From positions 248,001-312,000 of the forward strand of contig LSRY02000020.1 of NCBI GenBank assembly GCA_001643675.2: a stretch of 64,000 nt of DNA, written 5' to 3'. Made by a program: the position numbers and the translations under genes. The notes under the pieces are model-generated. The model saw nothing but the letters and a program-made list of their open reading frames with translations, was not told the origin of the DNA and did not search any database. Positions 50,801 through 62,199 of the stretch are shown piece after piece; the stretch's first letter is position 1, and each line of letters opens with the position of its first letter. Origin of the DNA: Monocercomonoides exilis PA203. Its lineage: Eukaryota; Protista; Preaxostyla.

Positions 50801-53800
50801 CTGGATGATATTGAAGGGAAGAACGATGAGATATTGTTTGAGGAGGAAAGCGAAGAAAATGATGACAATGATAAAAAGGAGGAGGAAGAAGGAGATATCG
50901 ATGAAGAAGAAGTGGAAGAGGATTCAGAGGAATCAGAAGAAGAGTCAGAGGAAGATGATGCTGATGACGATATCAGCTGGAATTCAGAGGATGAGAATGA
51001 AGAAAGAGCATTGATATTTGATAGCATTGATGATTTATCGCTCTCTGAATACATCAACTACATGATTAACGTCGGCAACAAGAATGATAAAGAGGAAAAA
51101 GAGAAAGAGAAAGAGAAAGAAAGAGATTGTTTTATTGGAAAGGAAACAAACGCAGACCCATTCCCAAACCCAGCATTAACCGAACATCCACATTATACGT
51201 GCGATCCATTGGACTCGATATTTCCTCAAGTTCCCACGTTCATTGCACGCTATCTACCAGCGACGCTGTTCTTCACACAGATCCCCCAAACACACCGAAT
51301 GACGTTTCAGATACTTATGCTGCTGATCTTGTCTGTGTGGAAGGCAGATGACTCGCTCATGAGGAAGACAATTGAGGAGGAGTGGAGGTACACACTGTCG
51401 AAGCAGTGGCGCAAGATCAGCAAGGGAAAGATTGATGTGAGGGAGAAAGAGAAGCACCTGCTGCAGCTGATGATGGAGGAAGAGACAGAGCAGAGGAGGC
51501 AGAATGAAGAAAGGGCGGAGGAAGACATCGAGAAACTGAGGCAGGAGGAGAAGATGAGGAGAAGCAGCAGTGCGAAAGATGATGATGAAGGGAATGAAGG
51601 GAATGATAATGATGGTTGTGAAGAAGAAGGTCTTGCAGAGAAGAATGAGCAAAATCATACAAAAGAAACAAGCGGTGAAAAGAGAGAACTGAAAGAAGAT
51701 GGCAAAGAATCAGAGGCAACAAAGAATCCATCCACTACCTCACATTCGACAACAACATCATACATATCCACATCTTCTCCCTCCACCTCTCCCTCTCCCT
51801 CATCCAGCACCCCTTCTTTCCCCAACCAGAAGAGCACTCACTCGGTTGTCTCCTGCGACAGCCGCTGCGCAGAAACATTCCGCCACTCCACAGCCGATGG
51901 ACTGGAGTTTCTGGATGAAGAAATCACTAACCCTTCTTTTCGTCCTCTCCACTCTGCTATGATTTCTGACCCACAGCGCCACTCGTTCAGTTTGATTTCA
52001 CTATTCTCGTTCTATCAGGAGAGAAGCAGAAAGGCGAAGTTACTCGCTTCAATGCGCGAGAAGGCACTAACAACAGGCGAGGTTGGATCATCAACATCAA
52101 CATCTTCTTCCTCTTCCTCTTCTTCTTCTTCTTCATCATCTCATTCGTTACCTTCTACAGCCAGTCAAAGCGATTCTGACTCCAATCACTCGAGCCCTTC
52201 TTCAGTAGTATCATCTTCCCCATCGCCTTCGTCTGGCTCTTCTTTTTCTTCTCTTTCATATTCTCCATTGGATCCTTCATCTTCTTCATCTTCTTCCTCA
52301 TCTACTCGTCCTCCTTCCTCGCAACAATTTCAACAATCTCCTTCATCATCACCAGCACCTTCTTCTTCTCCTTCCACTTCCACTTCTTCTTCCTCAACCA
52401 TTCCACCTCCTTCCTCCTCTCCCGACAAAGATGATCCAATGCAGTCATTCCCTCCAAACCTCCCTCTCTTCCTTGTCAATCCAATGTTCAGCACTTTCCC
52501 TGTGCTTTTTCCTCTTTTCTTCTCTTTGAGCTCCACATTTCTGAGGCTTGTCTTTCCGCCTGTGATGGCAATTGCACAGGAGCTGGCGAGGATAAGAAGA
52601 TTTGTGCTCACAAAAAGGCAGAAGATGAGAAGAGAGGCAAGAAAGGAGGAGAAGAAGAGGAAGGGAAGGAAAGAGAAAGATGGAAGAAGGAGAGAAGGAG
52701 ATGTTGTCGATAATATTGAAAGTGAAGATGAAAACAAACAGAAGACAGAAGAAGAGAAAGAAAAAGAGAGGTTGGAAGATGAGAAGATTGCAGATGGTCT
52801 TTTGCCATTCATTTCGTATTCATTGACTGTTCTGCTGTGTCTGTATGTGCTGTTTGTGTATGAAATAAAGCATCTGTCGCTCATCAGAGATTGCGTAAGG
52901 AAAAGAAAGGTATAAATAGGATTAATGAAAAAAAGAAAATTTTCTATGAAATTTGAAACAATTTGATGAAAGCAAAATTTCATTTTTATTCTTTTTATTT
53001 TATTTTATTTTGTTTTTCAAATATATAAATATTGACCTTCTTTTTTTCAATGATCTTATTCATTCAATCTTTCAATTTCTTCTTATTCATCTTCTCTTTC
53101 TCTTTCTCTTTCTCTTTCTCTTTCTCTTTCTCTTTCTCTTTCTCTTTCTCTTTCTCTTTCTCTTTCTATTTCTCTTTCTCTTTCTCTTTCTCTTTCTTTT
53201 TCTCTTTCTTTTTCTCTTTCCTTCTCTCTTTCTCTTTCTCTTTCTCTTTCTCTTTCTCTTTCTTTTTCTCTTTCTTTTTCTCTTTCTTTTTCTCTTTCTT
53301 TTTCTCTTTCCTTCTCTCTTTCTCTTTCTCTTTCTCTTTCTATTTCTCTTTCTCTTTCTCTTTCTCTTTCTTTTTCTCTTTCTTTTTCTCTTTCCTTCTC
53401 TCTTTCTCTTTCTCTTTCTCTTTCTCTTTCTCTTTCTTTTTCTCTTTCTTTTTCTCTTTCTTTTTCTCTTTCTTTTTCTCTTTCCTTCTCTCTTTCTCTT
53501 TCTCTTTCTCTTTCTCTTTCTCTTTCTCTTTCTCTTTCTCTTTCTCTTTCTTTTTCTCTTTCCTTCTCTCTTTCTCTTTCTCTTTCTCTTTCTCTTTCTC
53601 TTTCTCTTTCTCTTTCTCTTTCTCTTTCTTTTTCTCTTTCTTTTTCTCTTTCCTTCTCTCTTTCTCTTTCTCTTTCTCTTTCTCTTTCTTCTTCTATCAG
53701 GTCAAGCGCTTCCCCACATACATTCCGTTCTCTTCATTCAACTCTATCTTCAACAACGTGAGTGGCATCTTCCGCAGCAGAAGGCCTGTCTCAAACGAGC

Positions 53801-56800
53801 CAATCACCTTCGAAAACCCAATTTTGGCTGAAGTGACAAAGGAAAGGCAGAAAAGAATGATGGAAAAAAGGAGGCAGATGAAGAGGCCGATGATGATGAA
53901 GAACAAAGAGAGAGAAGGGAAGAATGAAGAGGAAAATGAACTAATGAAGAGAATTGGAGAAGGAGTTAGAGATGAAAAGACTGAAACAAAAGAAAAAGCA
54001 GAAAAAGAGAAAGAAGAAGAAGAAGAAGATAAAGAAGACGATTATTTGAACATGGATCCACCGCCAAGAATCGAAGGCAGCCCCATTCTTCCTGAGGAAG
54101 AGGCAGAAGAAGAGGAAATATTGCAGGAAGAGTTGGAAAAGATCGCTTTTTCATTCAAAACGAAATATGTCCGCCTGCACGACTTGGTGAAATCAGCAAA
54201 GCAGCTGTGCTCGCCTCAAACAACTACAAAGAAGAAATCTCAATCACCCCCTGTGATTGTATCATCATCATCATCTTCTTCTTCTTCTTCAACTTCTGAT
54301 CTTTCTAATAATACACAAAGTGCTTCCAGTTCATCAAGTTCTCAAAATCTTTTGTTATCATCATCATCATCTACTTCCTCCTCCTCCTCTCTCTCAGCAT
54401 CATCCCCCTCTTCCTCTTCCTCTCCTTCCTCTCCCTCCTCCAAGCGCCGCTCCCGCCACACCTTCCTCCACTCCCTCCACCCGCTCATCTTCCCCACCCT
54501 CCTCTCCACATACTCCCCATACACCCAGCTCGCCTTCGACAACTGGACACGCATCCTCCACATCTACTCCTCCCAATACACTCAGCCCATCCCCTTCGGC
54601 CTCATCTTCCGCGCAAACGTCGCGTCCCCGCTCGACTTCGCCCTGGCTGTCGCATCGCCCCACCAGAGGCTGTTCCAAATGCAGTTCAAAGAGTCGCTCC
54701 AAAGAGTCGGGTTCAGACTGCCTGAGAGAGTGAGGAGCTGTGGGAATGCAAATAACTGCTCTGTGTGCTCATCATCATCCTTGTCATCATCATCATCATC
54801 ATCTTCTTCTTCTTCTTCTGACTCCTCCTCCTCATCATTATCTTCTTCTTCAATCATTCCCTTGTCTTTGAAAGTGTCCACAGCTTCCTCTCCCATCATT
54901 GTCCCCATGCTCCATCTGATCAATGCTCGAATATTAGTCAAACAGCCAAGTGACTCAAACAGCAACCCTTCAATGTTTCTGACTTCATTTCCTCCTCCTG
55001 CTAATCAGGTTTCATCATCTTCTTCTTCTGCTTCATCATCATCATCATCATCATCTTCTTCTTCTTCCACTTCCACTTCTTCTTCTTTGTCATCATCTGC
55101 TTTGCCAATCGGATCAACTGCAAGAAAAACAGAGCATTCAAAATACTCTCTTTCTTCAGTTGAATTAGGCATTTCTTCATCATCTTCCTTGTCTTCATCA
55201 TCATCATCATCTTCATTCTCAAATAAACAAGCTATTTCTTGTTCAGATGGAATATCTTCCTCAAAATTATCTTCATCTCCTGTCTCTTCATCCACTTTCC
55301 CCAACGAAACAAACACATCTTCAACCAACAATGGCTCTAATGAAACTCCTTCTGCTTTGCCAACTTCAACTTCTTCATCTTCTTTACCAACTTCTTCATT
55401 TTCTTCCACTTCTTTTTCTTCCTCTGCAGTGAAATACCAACACTCTTTCAATTACAGCACTTATCTGCACAACAACCACCACGTTCATCCACACGATGCA
55501 TTCAGACACAGCAGACACTCGATGCACCACAACATTCACCAGAACATTCACCAGAACATTCACCAGAACATTCACCAGAACATTCACCAGAACATTCACC
55601 AGAACATTCACCAGAACATTCACCAGAATAACTATCACAGCATTCACCAAGCGATGCATCTGCACAACAGCCCATTCAATCATCCCATTCATCACCCTCA
55701 TTATTCTCATTTCTTTCACCATCCCCATCACTCTCACCACTCTCATCACGCACACAAACACCACAGCCAGTCACCTTGCAATGAAGCAGACAGCAAGCTA
55801 TGCAATGATGGATGCCTTGCTCAAATGAATCATACCTCTCCTCATCTGATTGCATTCAATGCATCAAACAGAACTAACAGCTACACCAATAGCTTCAGCA
55901 ACCCTTCATCTCCTCTTCGTGAATGCAGCAGGATTAAAACAGAAGCAGCACAGTTTTCTACACTCAATCGCTCTGCACAGACACCGTCGCTTTCGCCTTC
56001 TCCTTCTGCCTCTCCTTCCCCTTCTCCTTCTCATTCCCCTTCTCATTCTCCTCATTCATCTACCGACGATTCCAATAAAATGAATTCTCATTCATCTCAC
56101 TCATCTCCTCAGCATTCACTCAAAAGACACAGAGTGAAGTTTCATTGCGCGCAACACATGCACATTCAGGAGATCCCAAGCTATTCCTCCATTCATCCAT
56201 CTTCCAATCAGCAAAGCAGAAACAAAGAGAAACATCATTTGGAAAATGCTTTAACCAATTTGAATTCGTCTTTGTCAACTTCTTCATCATCGTCCACGTC
56301 TTCTCCTGTTCCAGCACCATCACTACAGGATTCTCGATTGCAGGGTTATCCTCCTTCTTCCTCTGTTTCTTCCTCTGTTTCTTCCTCTCTTTCTCTCTCA
56401 AATCCTTCATCTTCAGAAGAGAACACTCAGAAACAGACAGACGATTCAACACAGATCAATTCTGTCTGTTCTTTAAGCACAAAAAGCTGTTCTGTTGAAA
56501 GAAATCAGATGATGAGCGATTGTCACTCAGATGCTGTTGACACGCATGTGATTAATGAGTCTAATGAGAAAGTTATTAAAGAAACTCAACAAATTGAACA
56601 AGCAATCACAAGTGATGATACAACAAGAAGCACATTAAACACCTCCTTATTATCATTGAAACCAAAGTTGAGTACAGACGAACAGAAACAGATGCAGCAG
56701 CAGAAGCATTTGCAATCCCATCAACATTCAAATGACGAACACTTATTGCAAATACAGATGATAAATCCTGATCAGAAAAATTCACAAAATTTATTCAAAC

Positions 56801-58050
56801 CAAATGAAATACCAGAAAATAATTTTCCTCCTTCTATGACTTCACCAATATCTTCAATTTCTTCAAATTCTTCTTTGTCGCCAGAAGCAAAACAAGACAA
56901 GTGCAGAACAATTCTTATGGCAGCAGAAGAAGGAAAGATCACGATGTTATCAAACATTGATGATTCAAACATTATTTCATCATCATCATCATCATCATCT
57001 GATGCTGCCTCTTCTTCATCGTCTTCTTCATTCTCTGCCTCAACAACACTCTCATCTGAAACAACATCATCAATCTCATTGCTTCCACAGCACAACCACA
57101 GCACTCATCCAAAAGGTACTTGTTCTGCCTCAAAGGAATCTCTTCTTCAATCAGACAACACTTTTCAGCTGTCTCTTCCTCCACCTCCGCCTCCACCGAT
57201 TCTTCAGCCTTCGACATTCAGATTGCACAACCAGGAGAAAACATCACATTTCTTGTTGGACTCATCATCATCATCGTCATCATCATCTTCTTCTTCAGCT
57301 TCTTCTTTGTCATCTTCAAATATCTCAACATTGCCAAATGCACCAAAATCAGTCAATGACAAGACAATATCATCCACAGTTATTTCAAAAGGAAGAATAC
57401 CAAAACCTCATTCAACCAACCACAAGCAGAAAAGTGAAATGAAGCATTCATCTCAACCTACAAATGCAGCAGATATTTCTTCTTCTCAGTCGATGCGTTC
57501 AGACAAGGCAACCATCACCCACCATTCAAAACTTTCAAGTTCTCATCCATCGTCAAACCTGGCAAATAGCACAAGCTCCGCCCAATTAGCTGAAAACGAG
57601 TCAAAACTGATCCAAAAAAGCATTGCTCTGAAGAAAATCACCCGTTCGGCACTGCGAAAGCCGTCTGCGCTGCTTTCGTCGCCGCTTTTCCTGTCGACTT
57701 ACTACTCTTCTTCTCCTACTCCTATCCAGCCATCCATTTCATCGAGAAATAGTAATTCTTCATCGTCTTTTTCTTCATCTTTGTTTTCAGCATCATCCCC
57801 TCCCTCTCCCTCTCCTTCTCCTTCCTCTTCTCCTCTATCGTCTGCTCAGCAGAGCACAGAGACGGTTAATCGCCCGTCTCATTTGCCGGCAAAGAGTTCT
57901 TCAGCAACTTCAATAGAATCTTCGCCTCATTCTCCATCGCCTTTGATTTCGTCTGCAAAGAAGCCTTCTTCGTCTGCTATTCAGTCTGTTGCTCTTTCTC
58001 CACTTCACCAAAATACACAAAAAGAAACAGAAAATTCGATTTCGGAATAA
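47888..58050 (+). CDS. Giant BCH/CRAL-TRIO + degenerate RhoGAP-like protein (ARHGAP1/p50RhoGAP-like architecture) with huge low-complexity expansions
   Basis: BCH motifs SGTDYLGNRIVV and RLILLPSVEQLDKYMSPQQLLLP. RhoGAP-like pieces IPFAIITIIGHLFKWGGFESPSLW, HARHLLASFCHSLSPNIIP and FTQIPQTHRMTFQILMLLI. Frame-preserving introns 48919-49114, ~49214-49415 and 52910-53700 join the ORFs. Joining of the last exon is inferred from splice signals only. Confidence 0.65.
49946..50020 (+). repeat. 9-bp tandem repeat (GAGAAGGAA)n encoding EKE repeats
   Basis: About 8 perfect copies in coding sequence. Confidence 0.9.
53091..53688 (+). repeat. ~600-bp intronic (TCTTTC)n pyrimidine satellite with higher-order structure
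   Basis: Almost pure T/C hexamer array inside intron 52910-53700. Variant units recur with ~78-90-nt spacing. Confidence 0.95.
55531..55626 (+). repeat. 12-bp tandem repeat (AACATTCACCAG)x8 encoding (NIHQ)8
   Basis: Eight perfect copies within a His-rich coding stretch. Confidence 0.95.
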
Positions 58051-59559
58051 ATCTTTGTCGAATTAGAGGAGAAATCTGTTGTTTGTTAGTGTTAGCGATT
58101 CAGACAGTACCGATGCTGATAGTCCACTCAAAAAGAACTGTTTTGTATATGTATTTTTTGACTTTGCTTGAAAAAGATATTCGTTTTTCTTTGCTTCACA
58201 AAAGAATTTTTTTTATATGAAAGTCCTTTAAACTTATTTATTTATTTATTATGATTATTATTTTTATTCTGATTTCAATTTTTTATTAGACGAATTGATT
58301 ATTCCGCATCCGCATATTTATGCAGAGGCTATGAAGTTTCATTCTGTACTTTTCTCCGATCAACTCTCGTTTATGTAATTTCGATATGTATTATTATATA
58401 ATTTTCTATTAATAATTGTACAGTCTGATATTTCGATAGTGACACTTCTATTGATCATACCTTTCACCCCAAATCTGATTCAATTTCTTTCACAACATCG
58501 TACATCTACGAATTTTGTGTATTTATTTGGCTTTTTCTCGTTATCTCTGCAGCATTATTTAACATTTCTTTTATAATAATTATTATTTGTTTTTTCTGTT
58601 TGTTTGCAACGTTCAACTGTTGACATTTTCAGAATTCTGGAATTAATCTCTTTGCATCAGTATAACTATTTTGCCTATCAAATATATATTTGTATATATA
58701 TATCCATATGTATCCTTTTTATAAAGTACCATTGAATTTTTTCCATTATTATCCACTCTCTATTTGGTGTTTGCATAATTCCTTTTTCAAATGTTGTATT
58801 TTAAAAATTCTTATGGCACATTTTCTTCTTTTTAATTTTTCATATTTTAAAAAGCAATTTCGCATTACATAGTTTGGCCGAATTTTTCATTGATATTTTT
58901 TTTATGTAATGTTCACTTCGAAATTGGCAATTGGTTCTTTTCAACATACCCTTTCTCGCGTTCTGTGCTGCTTTATTTTCTTAAACCTATTTTTGATTCT
59001 CTGTGCTTGTTCTCCGTTGTATTTTCATTGTTACTCATGATATCAATTATTTTGCATTAAACAGCGCAAAACCCGTGCTTCGGTTCAGTGCTTCGTTGTC
59101 TCTTCGTTTTGTCTCAGATCATAGCAGTTTTTAGTTTTTCCTTGTTAAAGATTTTTCAATGTTTGATTTTTTCAATTTTTAAATCATTATTTCAATTTGT
59201 TTTATTGTGATTAAAATATAAATTATTCAAAACAGTTGAGCATTTTATTCTTTCGTATTTTTTTTTGAAAAACGTTTGCCTTCAATTCTTTCGGTGACAT
59301 TCATTTATTTGTTTTCATTTTCAATTTTCATAAAGTTGAGAAAACTTAAGTTAAAAAATTTAGGAAACATTTATAAAAACTCAGTTGCAAAGAAGCATTT
59401 CTGCAAAATATTTTTTTTTAATTTTTTTGCTTTTGAAACTTTTCTGCGAAAGCTTTACAGTTTATCAATCTATTTTTGATGATCATCTAAGATTATGAAT
59501 CCTATTATTCAAAAACGAAATATTCTGAAAAGTTCGTTTGAATTGAAAATTAAAAAGTG

Positions 59560-60100
59560 GTTTTTCTTTCACTTTGACAAATCTTCAATAAGTGAAAACT
59601 TTGGATATCATCATCCTCGGAAATGTATGAAGATGTGTGGAAAGAGGCTTCTTTAGGGATTCCTATTTATTTTGCCATGGATTAAGTTTTCAGATATTTT
59701 TCTTAGATATTTTTAAAGTCCATGATATTAAGTTAACAAAAATGTCAATGATCATATTTTTGTTTTTAACGATTTATCGAATTTGAAGAGAACCGGAAAA
59801 TGAAAAAGTTATTTAAAAAAGTCAATTTTGTATATTTTACTGTTTTATCTTCTTTCCATTTTAAAGCTGATCCACTATCTCCGACTTCATATTGAGTTGT
59901 TACCAAAAAAAGAAGAAGCTGAATCATTATCAACATCAACATTCTGCAAAATATCATCAATATCTGGAACATCATCTTCACTTTCTAAACATTTTTTTTT
60001 TCCCTCTTTCTTTTCATAAATTAACATATCATCTCCAATTTCTATATCCATTTCATCAGTTCATCAGTATCATCATCATCATGCATCATTTTTAATTCCA
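59560..60100 (-). pseudogene. Possible decayed coding fragment (acidic)
   Basis: The minus strand has protein-like acidic stretches (ESEDDVPDIDDILQNVDVDNDS; LVTTQYEVGDSGSALKWKEDK) in different frames, separated by frameshifts and stops. Confidence 0.3.
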
Positions 60101-60637
60101 TTTCATTTCTGCTTTTTTTTTCAAAATTTCGTTTGATTGAGACATATCCAATATGAACTAAACATCTGCGTCACATGCCTTCTGACGTGAACATTTTTAA
60201 AGTGACGTGACGTGACCGAAAACAAATATTTCACTAATATTTAAAGTATTTTTTTGTCAAAAAAGAAAATACAGGCAGTTGTTAAATTTTATTTACAATT
60301 TTTTTTAAATAAAATCGGAATAATTAATAAATATTATTTTTTATTTTTTAACTGTTCATTTTCCATATTTTCATCAACAATGGGTTGTGTCGTGATCTTT
60401 TTTTTGTGGTATATATACCGTGGCACTTACGTCACTGCCGGTCACTGACGGATTTTAATGCAATAAGGCATTTAGCAAAATTTCTTTATTTGTAATTCAT
60501 GGATGCATAGCATGCGTTTGTTTCTTCATTGGATAATATGGAAATCGTTTGAGGATTGTTTTCAAATATTTTTAAATTTTTTTACAACTGTTTTTTATTT
60601 ATTTTTGTCAAAATAGTTTGAGCAATAGAAAGAAACT

Positions 60638-62000
60638 GTGAAGATGTTTAATTTATGCAGGTGTGAGTGGATCAAACTCGAAAAAATCGAAAACGGTGAA
60701 TACGCAAACAATTTATATTTATTGATTTTTCTTGGAATTGATCTATTAAAAATGCAATATTTTATCACAGGATATTTTCATCCAAAGCAGAAAGAATTGG
60801 TCATTTCCAAACCGACTCTCAACGTAGTGAATCGCATATTGTTTATTTCATTTGCTCCTTTGTATAAAGGCAGAACTTCGAAAAAGGATTTGAACAGACC
60901 TTTTATATGTCCATGTCAAAAAGATGGTGTTGCTAGTGGAATGACGTGTCGAAAGGACTGCTCAATGATTAATAATTTCAAATGTGATTTTATTCAGAAT
61001 AATCAGATATCATAGTTCTTTTCACAGAAGTCCAATTTATCAACACGGTCGGTTTATTCGAAGCCAAGTAATAGCTCTTCTGAAACAACATCTTAAGGAG
61101 AGCTCGCTGAATCATTCATTAACATTGTTGCCCACAGTAATATCACTTTTCTTTATGTTGAAACAAATTGCACAAAAGCTCTGAATATTGAGTTCTCAAA
61201 CTCAAAACTTCAAAATCAAAATGCTCACATATCAACTCTTGATTCGATTTCTCAAGAGAAAGCAGAAGTATTTGAAGAACAATATGAAATCAATTATTTT
61301 GATGAACTATATTCGTTTGGATTGATTCTGGCAGAAGAAGAAGAAAAGGATGAAGAATTTCTACATGAATATAATCAAGAAGTTCTAATCAATTGCTTCT
61401 TGACTAGAAAAACAACTCATCGTGATAAAGTGTCAGAAAGTTTGTCAACAGACATTACAAAAAAATCTCAAACTGAAGAAGATATTTCAAGAAATGCTAA
61501 AGAATCAGCGAACAATGAAGAAGACAATGAAAGTGAAAGAAAAAGCGATAGTGATGTGGATTTCATTTGCAATGATTCTCGATTCAGAAGAATTGAAGTG
61601 TGCAATATTTATTTGGAAAATAAAACATCGAAAACAATTTGGGATAACACATCTTCTGATTGGTTTGGAAGGATTGTTGCAGGTTTTAGAGTTTTGTTGG
61701 ATTATATGATGCACAAAAGGCAAAACATAATAAAGTCTCAATGCATGAAGTTTTTTGAAGAATTATTTCTTAAAAAAGAGAAAGATGAAGTCATCGAAGA
61801 AGATGGCTACATTTTTTCATCAAGATTTAGGTTCCTTCAGTGAAACACATACGATATTCTCCAACATAGCTCATTGTATAATAACTTCGCCACGCAGTGA
61901 ATCATTCTGTGAAGGAATATTTTCAAAAGCCGGAAGAATAATTGGAGATCGTCTCCACAATATTTCAGACAGAACACTCAATGCTCTTTTTCGTCTTTAA
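60638..62000 (+). mobile_element. Degenerate hAT-superfamily DNA transposase remnant
   Basis: The terminal frame IFSNIAHCIITSPRSESFCEGIFSKAGRIIGDRLHNISDRTLNALFRL matches the hAT C-terminal dimerisation motif (LAxxxLSxPxSxxxxERxFSxAG...R..L). Upstream ORF pieces are broken by frameshifts and stops. Confidence 0.7.
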
Positions 62001-62199
62001 TTTCTCATGGTGCTAAGTTTTTTTCAGTTTTGAATCTATTGAATCAATTATTTTGTTTGTCACTTATTTGTTTTCTTTCCCATATCTCTTGACCTTTACA
62101 AAAAACTGAAATATAGTACAGAATTTAAATGTTTTTATGTTTTGACAGAAAATCGAAGTTTATTAACTGAATATTGAATGAGCTGAAGCAAAAAGAAAA

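Noticed and set aside
52953-53831. 292-aa (LF)n ORF and the (FS)n N-terminus of ORF 53032-58050
   Set aside because: These are translations of the intronic TCTTTC satellite. The real exon starts after the CAG acceptor at 53700.
55531-55626. Regular short repeats considered as a CRISPR-like array
   Set aside because: They are head-to-tail 12-mers with no spacers, inside a eukaryotic exon.
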